Assembly: GCA_963719225.1 (NCBI GenBank) | Contig: CAVRAY010000001.1 | Coordinates: 672,001-736,000, forward strand | Origin: Thermoanaerobaculia bacterium | Lineage (GTDB): Bacteria; Acidobacteriota; Thermoanaerobaculia; UBA5066 | Length of the DNA: 64,000 nucleotides | Direction: 5' to 3' | In this document: piece by piece, positions 9,775-19,800 of the stretch | Layout of the letters: each line of letters begins with the position of its first letter | How positions within the stretch are numbered: the first letter of the stretch is position 1 | The notes under the pieces: model-generated | What the model saw: only the letters and a program-made list of their open reading frames with translations | Told to the model about the DNA's origin: nothing | Database searches by the model: none | Made by a program: the position numbers and the translations under genes

Positions 9775-10881
9775 CTATTCCTTTTCGGACATGTCCCGGA
9801 CGACCGCGAGCGCGCGGTCGACGGGGAAGTCCGGGCGGAACGGGATCGTGAGGACCGTGTCCGATCCGCCGCGCAGGTAGGAGAGGCCCGTGTCCGAGCT
9901 CCAGTAGAACGTCGGGACGCCGGCCGCCGAGATGATCGTGCCGACCTGTGTCGAGAACGGCAGATCGATCTTCGGGAGCTGACTCTCGGTGAAGGCCCGG
10001 CCGATGGGCGTGTGGCCGCGCGCGAACGAGGTCCGCTGCGCGGGCGAGAGGCCATCGGGCGGTACGAGCTTCGGAAGGTTGTCGGGAAAGGCGAGGCGAA
10101 TGACCTGCTGCGTGCGCGTCGCGAGGTTCGCGAAGGAGACGAGCACGCCGCCATTCGTTCCCGCATCGCGCTGCAGACCGGGATGCACGTACGTCGACAG
10201 AGCGAGCCCCGCGCTGTCGGTCGGGCCGGCGGCACCGTTCAGGTCGTTGAGGTTCCAGGCCGTGACGTCGTCGAGCCGGAGGCTGCCATCCTCGATGAAG
10301 ACGGCGGCGTAGCGGGCCTGCGAAGCGATGCTCTCCTCCCACCACACGATGGAAAGGATCGTGCGCGATTTCGTGAACGGCCGGCCCGTGTCGTCAGCGT
10401 CCGTGTACGTCTGCCGCGTCACGAGGAGCTGCGGATTCATCGAGACGAAGAGTCCCGGGTTCGGGAGGAAACGGCCTTCGGTCCAGGCGCCGCTCCGGCG
10501 CATCGCGACGTGCACATCCGCGAAGAAGCCCTGCAGCCTCGTGTAGACGACGAAGACGGTCTGTGTGGTCTCGTCGAACTCGAGCGACTCGCCCAGCTTG
10601 TCGAGGTCGTCCACGGTGCCGCCCACGATCTCGACGGTCGGCTTTCCGCCGGGGAGCGTCGTACGGAGGGCGAGGACGGGCAGTTGCGCGTCGGACGCGC
10701 TGGCGCCCGTGATGACCTTGCCGTAGGAAGAGCTGAAGACCTCGTAGAGCGTGCCGTCCTTCCCGAGCACCGCGGACGCCGCTTCCGCGCGGCCCGCGAA
10801 CAGGCCGAGCCCCCCGAGGGCGACGAGGCCCGCGAGGGTGGAGGCCAATCGGCGGGAGAGGCGGGGTTTCACGGACTTCAC
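9775..10881 (-). CDS. Secreted hypothetical protein (~368 aa)
   Basis: GTG 3 nt after the TPR gene stop, signal peptide (..LFAGRAEA), beta-rich mature part; the upstream part of the track ORF is a shadow. Confidence 0.7.
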   Translation of the reverse strand: MKSVKPRLSRRLASTLAGLVALGGLGLFAGRAEAASAVLGKDGTLYEVFSSSYGKVITGASASDAQLPVLALRTTLPGGKPTVEIVGGTVDDLDKLGESLEFDETTQTVFVVYTRLQGFFADVHVAMRRSGAWTEGRFLPNPGLFVSMNPQLLVTRQTYTDADDTGRPFTKSRTILSIVWWEESIASQARYAAVFIEDGSLRLDDVTAWNLNDLNGAAGPTDSAGLALSTYVHPGLQRDAGTNGGVLVSFANLATRTQQVIRLAFPDNLPKLVPPDGLSPAQRTSFARGHTPIGRAFTESQLPKIDLPFSTQVGTIISAAGVPTFYWSSDTGLSYLRGGSDTVLTIPFRPDFPVDRALAVVRDMSEKE

Positions 10882-10883
10882 GG

Positions 10884-11789
10884 TCAGCTCCGGAGGTTGA
10901 TCACGTTGCGGAAGTCGAAGACCTCGAGATACGCCCTCAGGTTCTTGAATTCCGGGTAGAGGTTCGCGAGTCGGTCGAAATAGCCGCGTGCGGCGTCGTC
11001 GTCGCCCGCGAGGTGGCACGTCTCCCCGAGGAGATAGAGGAAGCTCTTTTCCACGGCGGGCTCCCCGCTCAGGGGGACGCGCTCGAGGCCGGACTCGCCG
11101 AAATAGCGGGCTTCCTCGTGGCGGTCGCTCTTCAGGTAGCCGAAGCACAGGTCGAGGAGGGGATAGACCGTGTAGCTCCGGGCCCCTTCCTTCTCGAGCG
11201 CCTCGAACGCCTCGTGCACGAGCGCGAGCCCCTCGGAAACACGCTCCACGGCGATGAGGCAGTAGCCCAGGTTGTCGCGCCAGACGGCTCGGAATATGGA
11301 GGACACGCCTTCTTTGCCTTCGGTCCTCTCGAGCGCGCGGCGGTAGACCGAGGCGGCCTCCTCGAAGCGGCTGTCGACCGTGAGCAGCATGCCCGACTGG
11401 TTGTCGCAGTGCGCGAGGATCGACTCGTCGCCGAGCGTCTCCGCGTGGCGGCGGGCGATCCGGTTGTAGAACAGCGCCTTCTCGAAATCCCGGCGCAGCT
11501 CGTAGACGCGCGCCGAAGCGTGCGCGGCGCGCACGGCCGTCGCGGGGCTGGCCGACCTCAGCAGGACGCGCTTGAGCTCGACGAGGACGTCGTCGGCCGG
11601 TCCGGCCTCGATGGCGGCGGCGGCGCGGCACACGTACATCCAGTCTCCGAAAGCGGGATCGCCGGTCGCGCGCGCGGCTTCGAGCGCGCGGTCGTAGGCG
11701 GACAGCGCGGCGGGAAACTCGCCCTTCTCGAGGAGGACGAGCGCTTCATCGCGTGCCGTTTCGGCGGCGGCGCGGAGGGCTTCAGTCAT
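10884..11789 (-). CDS. Tetratricopeptide-repeat protein
   Basis: All-helical TPR pattern (ALSAYDRAL, DFEKALFY, DNLGYCL, LYLLGE); overlaps the XRE gene end. Confidence 0.8.
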   Translation of the reverse strand: MTEALRAAAETARDEALVLLEKGEFPAALSAYDRALEAARATGDPAFGDWMYVCRAAAAIEAGPADDVLVELKRVLLRSASPATAVRAAHASARVYELRRDFEKALFYNRIARRHAETLGDESILAHCDNQSGMLLTVDSRFEEAASVYRRALERTEGKEGVSSIFRAVWRDNLGYCLIAVERVSEGLALVHEAFEALEKEGARSYTVYPLLDLCFGYLKSDRHEEARYFGESGLERVPLSGEPAVEKSFLYLLGETCHLAGDDDAARGYFDRLANLYPEFKNLRAYLEVFDFRNVINLRS

Positions 11790-12210
11790 CCTCGTCCCCG
11801 TCGCCGTCGGGCCGCGTCTTGTCGGCCTGCATCCTCTTGAACGCGACGAACTCGCGCACTTCGCGGCGCGACTCCTCCGGGAGGGCCGCCCAGTCGCGCG
11901 CGAGAGGCGACTCGTCGAACGGGGCGGGCGGAGCCGATCCCGCGTCGGCTGCCGGCGCGTCGGAGGCTCCGGCGGAATCGGCGGAAGGCTCTTCGAAGAA
12001 GTGGCTCATGGACAGCTCGAATACCTGAAGGATCCGGAAGAGAGTGTCGAGACCGACCTTGTACTCACCGTTTTCCATGCGCGACAGGTCGGACTGCGTC
12101 ACGCCGATTCGGGAGGCGAGCTCCGCCTGCGTCAGGTGCCGGCTCTTGCGGATCTGACGGATTTTCTGCCCCACCAGGAGGATCTGGGACGCACGCGGCA
12201 CAGCGCTCAT
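11782..12210 (-). CDS. XRE family HTH transcriptional regulator
   Basis: IRQIRKSRHLTQAELASRIGVTQSDLSRMENG. Confidence 0.9.
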   Translation of the reverse strand: MSAVPRASQILLVGQKIRQIRKSRHLTQAELASRIGVTQSDLSRMENGEYKVGLDTLFRILQVFELSMSHFFEEPSADSAGASDAPAADAGSAPPAPFDESPLARDWAALPEESRREVREFVAFKRMQADKTRPDGDGDEDD

Positions 12211-12225
12211 GAGCCTTCATCATCT

Positions 12226-12253
12226 AAGATAGTCTCTCCGCCCCGGGTGTCAA
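12226..12253 (-). promoter_or_regulatory. sigma70-type promoter of XRE-TPR operon
   Basis: TTGACA-N16-TATCTT, 15 nt upstream of the ATG. Confidence 0.6.
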
Positions 12254-12288
12254 GCGGTTTCGGTTGATTTGGACCAAGTGCTACCTCA

Positions 12289-13056
12289 TTGAAGAACAAG
12301 CTCTTCTTGCTCTCGGAGCTCCTCCGGAGAGACCTTGCGGCCCGATACGGAGGCAGCTACGCGGGTCCCCTGTGGGCCGTCCTGAACCCGGCTGTCTTCT
12401 GCGCGCTCAATGCTTTCGTATTCGCCTACGTCATCAAGATTCCGCCTCCTGCCGGCTTTCAGGGCGGCTACGTGGAGTTCCTCCTGGCCGGGCTTCTTCC
12501 CTGGCTCGGAGTCCAGGAGGCGGTCATGAGGGCGACGGTCTCGGTGAGCGACCAGGCGCATCTCGTCAAGAAGATCCGCTTCCCGATTCATCTCCTGACG
12601 GCGTCCGCCCTGGGCGCCGCCCTCGTCGTCCAGCTCGTCGGGATCAGCGCTCTCGCGGGATTCCTCCTGGTGACCGGCCGCGGCTCCGTGAACGTCGGCC
12701 TCCTCGCCGTGGCCTTCGCCTTCGAGTGCCTCCTCCTCGCCGGGCCGGCGCTCATCCTCGCCTCCCTGAACGTCTTTTTTCGCGACCTCGCCCAGCTCCT
12801 TCCCCCTTTTCTCATGATCGCGTTTTACCTCTCGCCCATCATCTATCCCGAGTCGATGGTGCCGCGCGTCGCCGCTCCCTTCCTCGCGTTCAATCCGATC
12901 CGCGACCTCCTCGCGCTCTTTCGCGCGGCGCTGTTCGGAGCGCCCCTTCCGCCTTTCGGCCGCGTCGCGGCCTGGTCGGCGGTTCTCGCCGTGGTAGGCT
13001 TCCTCGGGGTCCGGCTGTTCCGGCGGTGCCGCCCGTCCTTCGCGGACCTTCTCTGA
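12289..13056 (+). CDS. wzm: ABC-2 polysaccharide export permease
   Basis: RRDLAARYGGSYAGPLWAVLNP, GLLPW, LVKKIRFP, FRDL, FYLSPIIYP, NPI; TTG start. Confidence 0.92.
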   Translation: MKNKLFLLSELLRRDLAARYGGSYAGPLWAVLNPAVFCALNAFVFAYVIKIPPPAGFQGGYVEFLLAGLLPWLGVQEAVMRATVSVSDQAHLVKKIRFPIHLLTASALGAALVVQLVGISALAGFLLVTGRGSVNVGLLAVAFAFECLLLAGPALILASLNVFFRDLAQLLPPFLMIAFYLSPIIYPESMVPRVAAPFLAFNPIRDLLALFRAALFGAPLPPFGRVAAWSAVLAVVGFLGVRLFRRCRPSFADLL

Positions 13057-13118
13057 AAGACTCTTCATCGCCCGAAGGCCGAAGGTCCGAGGGCTCCGTG
13101 CGCTGCTAGGAGATTCTC

Positions 13119-14801
13119 GTGAAAGCCTTCCTCTCCGCCTTCCTGGCGGCCGTCCTCGCCGTGGCCGTGGGCTGCTCCACTTCGACCTCCACTCCGCCGC
13201 GAGCCGCGAGTGCGCCCGCCGCCACCCCGACCCCCGCCGTCAAAGACGACCGTGTCAAGGAGCTGCTCGGGCTCAAACAGCCGGAAGCGAGAGCGCAGGA
13301 GATGGGGGACGAAGAAGACGGCCCATCGACGGTCGTGGATCCCCAGACGGGGAAGAAGCTCATGCGCGTTCCGAAGAGCCGCATCTACTACGTAAAGGAC
13401 GGCCTCCTCTACAACGCGATCGTGAACCTGCCGGGGACGCCGTACGTCCGCGAGGACGACAAGGCGTACTACGTCGAGGTCGTACCGGAGAAGCCGGTGG
13501 CTCCGAAATCGTCGAAGAGCGAAACGGAGACGCTGAAGCCGATTCTCGAGATTCCCGCGAGCGAGGCCGAAGTGGTGACACCCGCGATCTCGAAGGACAC
13601 GTTTCGCTTCGCGGAGATCTCCGGCGGCCTCCCGAAGGCCGGGATCTGGCGCGAGAACTTCGCGCTAGGCGACGTGCTCGCGCAGGGGCGCCCCCAGATC
13701 GTCGCGCCTCCGGCGCGGCTCACGGGCCAGTACCTCCGCGTCTTCCGGCTCGACAAGGAGGACGGAGGCGTCTGGCGCTGGCGATCGGCGCAAGTGGAGT
13801 TCCAGAATCCGGACGGCATAGACGCGGCATATGGCGTCGCTGCGGTCGCCGACGTGGACGGTGACGGGAAGCTCGACATCGTGTTCGGCGGTCACGGGTC
13901 CGGACCCGCGGTCGCGCTGAACAAGGGAGACGGCAAGTTCCTCGTTGAGGCCCGCGCGCTTCCACGTGCGATGTCGACGCGTGCGATCGAGGCCGTCGAC
14001 CTCAACGCCGACGGCCGCGTCGACCTTCTCGCCATCTCGGATACGGGCGAGTGGTCGGACAGCGGCGGCCAGCCGAAGCAGGAGGGCGACTACCTGCGCG
14101 GCTACGACGTCCGGGCGTTCCTGAACGAGGGCGACCGTTTTCGCGAGGTTCACAAAGGTCTCGAGGGGGCGTGCTTCGGTTACGCGATCGCCGCGGTCGT
14201 GCCGAAGGACGGCCTGCCTTTTTATTCCTCGGCGTGCCGGTACATCGGAGGGTCGGCGACGCTCTACGAGTTCGACCCGAAGAAGGAAGAATTCCGTTTC
14301 GTCGGCGCGGACGTCGTGGAGACGTATGGCCCCCAGGCCGGCGCGGCCGCGGGCCTCTACCGTGGACGCCCCGCGGCTTTTGCCTCCTACTTCAAGCGCT
14401 CCCCCTCGGGCGCGTCCCGGAAGATCGACGGGCAGGGGATCACGATCTACTACCGCGACGCGGACGGGAAAATGAAGAGCAAGCGCGTCGTCAAGACGCT
14501 GAAATTCGACGCGGGCTCGCAGGCGATCGCGGTCGGGGACCTGAACGGCGATGGCCTGGACGACATCGTCTGGGGCGACGAGAGCACGCAGCGGCTGCGC
14601 GTCTTCTTCCAGACCCCCGCGGGAGAGTTCGAAGAGCTCGCCGAGGCCCGGGAGCCGGTGTTCGTGAACCATCCCACCGCGCTCCGGATCGCCGACGTGG
14701 ACGGTGACGGGCGGAAAGACGTCGTCCTGATGTATCAGTACCTGACGGGAGACGAGACGCGGGCCGGCGGTTTCCGGGCGTTTCGAGGCCTCGCGAAGTG
14801 A
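13119..14801 (+). CDS. FG-GAP/VCBS repeat lipoprotein (beta-propeller)
   Basis: Lipobox AVAVG-C; repeats ADVDGDGKLDIV, DLNADGRVDL, GDLNGDGLDDIV, ADVDGDGRKDV. Confidence 0.85.
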   Translation: MKAFLSAFLAAVLAVAVGCSTSTSTPPRAASAPAATPTPAVKDDRVKELLGLKQPEARAQEMGDEEDGPSTVVDPQTGKKLMRVPKSRIYYVKDGLLYNAIVNLPGTPYVREDDKAYYVEVVPEKPVAPKSSKSETETLKPILEIPASEAEVVTPAISKDTFRFAEISGGLPKAGIWRENFALGDVLAQGRPQIVAPPARLTGQYLRVFRLDKEDGGVWRWRSAQVEFQNPDGIDAAYGVAAVADVDGDGKLDIVFGGHGSGPAVALNKGDGKFLVEARALPRAMSTRAIEAVDLNADGRVDLLAISDTGEWSDSGGQPKQEGDYLRGYDVRAFLNEGDRFREVHKGLEGACFGYAIAAVVPKDGLPFYSSACRYIGGSATLYEFDPKKEEFRFVGADVVETYGPQAGAAAGLYRGRPAAFASYFKRSPSGASRKIDGQGITIYYRDADGKMKSKRVVKTLKFDAGSQAIAVGDLNGDGLDDIVWGDESTQRLRVFFQTPAGEFEELAEAREPVFVNHPTALRIADVDGDGRKDVVLMYQYLTGDETRAGGFRAFRGLAK

Positions 14802-14867
14802 GGTTTTGCCCCCCTCGGACACTCTCCTATCAGATATGCGGGTCCATCATATTTTTCGGAAAAGGCC

Positions 14868-14896
14868 TTGACTTCGGGGGATTTTATTCCTATCGT
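14868..14896 (+). promoter_or_regulatory. sigma70-type promoter with ~190-nt 5' UTR
   Basis: TTGACT-N17-TATCGT in an AT-rich intergenic region; AGGAG RBS at 15086-15090. Confidence 0.6.
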
Positions 14897-15095
14897 TTGC
14901 TCAATGTTCACGAAGACTGGTGTCTGCCAGGCTAGCTACGCGCCCAAAAGCGCTGCAAATCGGATTTTCAAATTAATTTTCGGGAGGTGATTCGTTATCG
15001 CAGGCGGCAGGAGCCGGATTACACCTTCGAAGAACCTTTTTGAAAGCACTCACTCGGCACTAACGGATCCATTCCAATCATCGGTAGGAGTAAAA

Positions 15096-16676
15096 ATGAA
15101 AAAGTTTTCCGTCCTCATTGCCCTGGTGCTGCTCGCAGTCGCGGGCACGGGCTATGCGGTCACCTGCACGTATGACAACGTGCCGGCGGCCACGCTGCTC
15201 GTTCCGTACTGGCGAGTCTCGCTGAACGGCGCCACGGGCGCGCCCATCGGCACTGGCGGCGTCGACACCCTCGTGTCGATCGTCAACGTCTCCGCGCCTG
15301 GCGTCATCGCGCACGTCACGGTGTGGAACAAGTACTCGAAGGCCGTCCTCGACTTCAACGTCCCACTCACGGGCAAGGACGTCGCGTCCTTCTCCATGCG
15401 CGACGTGATGAACGGCAAGCTGAACGTCAACACGAACACGCAGACCGGCACGACGACCGACCCGTGCGGCGTGAACGTCAACGTCATTCCGGCGACGTAC
15501 AAGCCTTCTGTCGGCTTCGGCCAGAAGCAGTTCGTCCGCTTCTCGCATCCTGAGGCGATCAACGTGGGCGTTACGAACGACGCGTACACGTCGATCTCTC
15601 TCTACGCGACGGATGCCTTCGCGGCATTCCGCAACAAGGTGTGGGACTCGCTCGACGAGTCCGGCGACCTCGCGACGTTCACGACCACCGGCGGCACGAA
15701 CATCCTCGACACGGACAACCCGGCTTGCGGCCTCGGCACCTCGACGGGCGACGGCACGTTCCGGTCGGACCTGTCGGGCTACCTGACGATCGATGTCGTG
15801 AACTACTGCACGAACTACTTCCCAGACCAGGGTAACTTCTACGACGAAGATGCGATCGCGACGGCGGGCTGGGGCCCGACGTACACGCCGAACGCCCTGA
15901 TCGGCGACGTGTTCTACGTTGACTCCGCCACGACGGGCGGCAACGTCTCGGGCGACCCGGCCGTTCCGGTCGAGTTCGACTCGCGCCTCACCCCGTCTTC
16001 GACCACGAAGACTTTCTTCGGCAAGTTCGTTCAGGCGCAGTCGCACGTGCGCACCCGCCGAGACGACGACGGCCGGCGGCTGCACCTCGTTCATCTCCAC
16101 GTACGCTGCGGCGTTCCAGTTCGGCGGCGACGGCCGCGAGCCGCTCGGCGACCACTACGGCTTCCGCTTCCTCGCCGACGCGGCGAATGGTCTCCAGTCC
16201 TGGCTCATCGCGTGGCGTTCTGACTGGTATCGGTGGAACGCAGGTCAACCTCTGCACGTGGTTGACGGGGCATCGCTGGCAGCAACGGCTTCTATGACAC
16301 CGTTCACCAGCTCACGACCACCGTGTTCGACAACGACGAGAACTTCTTCCAGACCACGATTCCGGGCGGCCCGTCGGGCAACCAGAACGCTCCTCCGCCG
16401 AACCTGTACCTGTACCTCGAGTCGCAGCGCGTCAACCTGCTGGCCGCGACCGACTGGAACCAGGGCGGATTCAAGGGCGGCTGGGTCGACGTGGCCCTGC
16501 GCGGACCCGGCTACCTTGGCACGACGTCAGCCAATGGCTTCTACAACATGGGCTGGATCGGCGTTCAGCACACCGCTCCCGGCGCGTTCATCAGCGTCGG
16601 CCACGCGGCGGCGAGCTTGAACAACCAGTTCGTCTGCTCGCCGGCGATCTTTGTGGAGGCTGGCAACACGAACTGA
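15096..16676 (+). CDS. Candidate major surface (S-layer-like) protein, ~525 aa, with ~3 apparent frameshifts (~16045, ~16240, ~16275)
   Basis: Signal peptide, DNVPAATLLVPY motif, Thr/Gly/Asn rich, strongly biased codons, own promoter and terminator. Protein-like sequence continues across track ORFs 15096, 15919 and 16323. Confidence 0.65.
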
Positions 16677-16695
16677 CTTTTCTCCCGGTAGGGGC

Positions 16696-16727
16696 AAGCG
16701 GGCGGCTTCGGCCGCCCGCTTTTTTTT
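16696..16727 (+). terminator. Rho-independent terminator
   Basis: AAGCGGGCGGC-TTCG-GCCGCCCGCT followed by T7. Confidence 0.92.
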
Positions 16728-16885
16728 GAAAGATGGCCGGGCTGGAGAGCACTCCGACCCGGAGGCTCTTCTCCATAACTGAACTGCCCCTCGCGTCTGG
16801 ACACGGCCGTGAGCGAGGGGGTATCATTCATGCGGTTTTCCATCCCTTCCTGCGAAGGGCTATCCCTCCCCCGATGAGGAACTTG

Positions 16886-19800
16886 ATGACCCTTCCGTCA
16901 GTCGGTACCAGGCGCGCCTCGACCCGGCTCATTCTTCTCGTTTTCTCGCTGCTTTGCGCGGAAGCTTTTTGGGCTTCGCATCTCGACGCACAGTGCACGC
17001 TTTCGGGGGCGCCCATTTCCTTCGAGCCCAGCCCCCCGGGTGCCGCGCGGCCGAGTGGCCTGGCCTCTGGAAAGCAGTTCGATCTGCAGCTCTTCCAGGC
17101 GGGCGGAAGCCCGCACATGCTGATGATGGAGGCCTTCGGCTACTCCGTTCTCGACGTGTCGAACCCGACGAATCCGACCGCGATCGTCTACGACGACATG
17201 CGCTTCACCGGAGAGATGCCCGCCGTCGGAGACGGCCAGAGCTACGTGGCCTCGATGGGCGTCTCGGCTGACGGCGGGCGCGTCGCGTTCAGCCTCAACA
17301 GCAACGCGTCGCCCGCTTTCGGCACGATCGTCGGATCGGGAAGCTCCCAGGGCTTCGACAATATGAAGGGCGACTTCACGCCCCGCGGTGCGTCGGGCGG
17401 AACCGCGATTCTGAACGTCGCGAACCGTTATCTCGCTTTCGCGCTTCTTCCGTACGGCGGAAGCGTCAATCCGGGCACGCTTTCCGTCGCGGACGTAACG
17501 AACCTCCCGTCCTCTCTCACCGCGACGAACATGACCTCCGAGACCGTCGCCAGCTCGACCGGCGGCTTCAACCTCTCGGTCGCGGGGACCAACGTCCTCT
17601 ACATCGCGAACGGGTCGATCCAGATCATCAACGCCTCGACTCCGGGTCCTGCCGGCAACATCCAGAGCGGCTTCCAGTACAACTCGATCGGGAGCAGCGA
17701 TCTCGGGCCGGGCGCCGGCACACCCACGTCGTTCAGCGCGGCCATCGACCCCTCGGACTCCTCGAAGCTCTGGGTGCTCGTCGAGACCTCGGGCCCGCTC
17801 GAGTACGCCCTCGTCAGTGTGAGGGGCGGCGCGAAGACTTCCGCCGGAGCGCGGTTCTCGATTCCGACGGGCGGCGGGAGCTGGGTGGGCGGCGGCGTGT
17901 CGGCTCTCGTCGCGAGCGGCAACAACGTCTTCGCCCTCATGTGGGCGAAGCAGAATGCCCCGAACGTGCTCTACCGCCTCTTCTCGAACAGCGTGGCCGC
18001 CTGGGGCTCGTGGTGCCGGGCCAGTTCGACGTCGATCCGGCGACGTATCCCCTGTTCGCGCTGAAGTCCACGATGCGCGGCCTCGCGGGCCCCGGCACCG
18101 CGCTCTACGGGTACGTCCCCACCAGCAACTCGGCGTTCGTCCTGCCGATGTCGTGCGTCTCGTCGAACGCGCCGGCGATCGCGTCCTGGCCGTGACGGAC
18201 CAGGCGGGCGCGTCCCTCGTCGGACGGCGCCACCGTGTTCCTCGGCGACGCGATCACGATCACGCCGACGGTCAATCCGCCGACGAGCATTCAGCCCTTG
18301 ACGGGCTTCGGCTGGAACTTCGATTTCGACTTCCACCCGGGGGTGGCCTCCGAGGACAACGGCACCAGCTCGTCGCCGCGCCTGCACGCGCCCGACAACG
18401 CGGCTCTCGGAAGCCCCGCGACCCCGCCGGCCGTGATCACCGTCGTGGGCCCGTGCGATCCGCAGGTGGCCGGCACGAGTCCCGGCAGCGGGGCCGGCTG
18501 CTGGGCTTCCGTGATGGGCAACGCCGCGTTCGCGGGCGGCACCTCGGACTTCACGGGAACCGAGCCGGGCGGAGCGACGAAGACATCTGAAGTTCGCGCT
18601 CGAAGCGAACAACGCTCTCGGCAGCGCGGGCGCGGGCATGTTCTCGCTGAATTGGAAGGTCCCGGCCATCCGGCTCAAGTCCGCGCAGATTCTCTCCGGC
18701 GGCTCCGTCGATGCCTCCGGCTCCGACGGCCATCCCTCGGGCGGGACCGGCTACAAGTGGTATTTCGGATCCACCTCGCCGCCACCGGCGGGCGAGTTCC
18801 TCTCTCTGGCTGCAAGCTGCACGGGACCGACGTGTGCCCACGCGTTTCCCGGAACGGGCACGCGCACTTTCAATGTCTTCACGACCGTGCCGTACGCGAA
18901 CGGCTACTCTCGCCGGAGTGCCCGGGGCTGCCCGTATCCTGCCAGCCGACGACGCCCCTCATCGTCCAGGTCGCGGACTTCCTGCCCTCGTTCCTCGTCG
19001 CCGGCAAGTCCGGCCCGCCCGTGACGCTCCTGACGAACACCTTCTTCAACGTCACGAACCAGTCGCAGGCGGGCGCCGTCACGGGGGTGGCATACACCTA
19101 CAGCCTCTGCACGGACATGACTGGCGCGGCGGCTCAGTGCACGAGCTATCGGCCCCTCAATTTCGCCGGCACGATCGCGCCGGTCCCGACGCCCTCCACG
19201 ACGGGCGCCTGGTACCTGCGGATCCGCGTGAACTACACGACTTCGGCCCCGCAGCAGATCGACGGCTCCCGACGATCCCCACCGTCTCGGACCCGAAGGC
19301 CTTCCCGCTCATCGTCTCGAACGTGATTCCGGCGATCCACGTGTTCGTCAACGGCGTGGACCCGTGCGCGCCCGGGTTCGCGTGTAATCCGAACCAGGTC
19401 GACGCCTTCACGGGCGATACGCTCACGGCGTGGTCTTACGTTTCAGGAGCGCCTGATCCGAATCCTCCCGGGATCGTGTGGAGCTTTCCGGGCGCTTCGC
19501 CCGGGAACGGCTCCGGACAGAACGTCGCCTTTGCCTACGGCACGGGCGGTTCCTACACGATCACGATGGACGGCTACGGCACGCCGTATACCGTCTCCGC
19601 CCAGATTACGCAGCGCAGCGCGACGCCTCTCTCGGTCAACGTGTCCGCGAGCCCGAATCCCGCGAGCGTGAATGCCTCGGTCAACTTCACGTGCAGCGCT
19701 TCCGGCGGCTCCGGCAGCGGTTACAGCTTCTCGTGGTCGGGGAATGCGTTCTCGGGATCTCCCGGGACAGAGCATCAGCCGGTCCTTCGGCAACGCCGGG

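Noticed and set aside
14918-14932. GG-N10-GC site upstream of the surface gene
   Set aside because: Poor match to the sigma54 consensus (TGGTGT..AGGC); the sigma70 promoter explains the region better.
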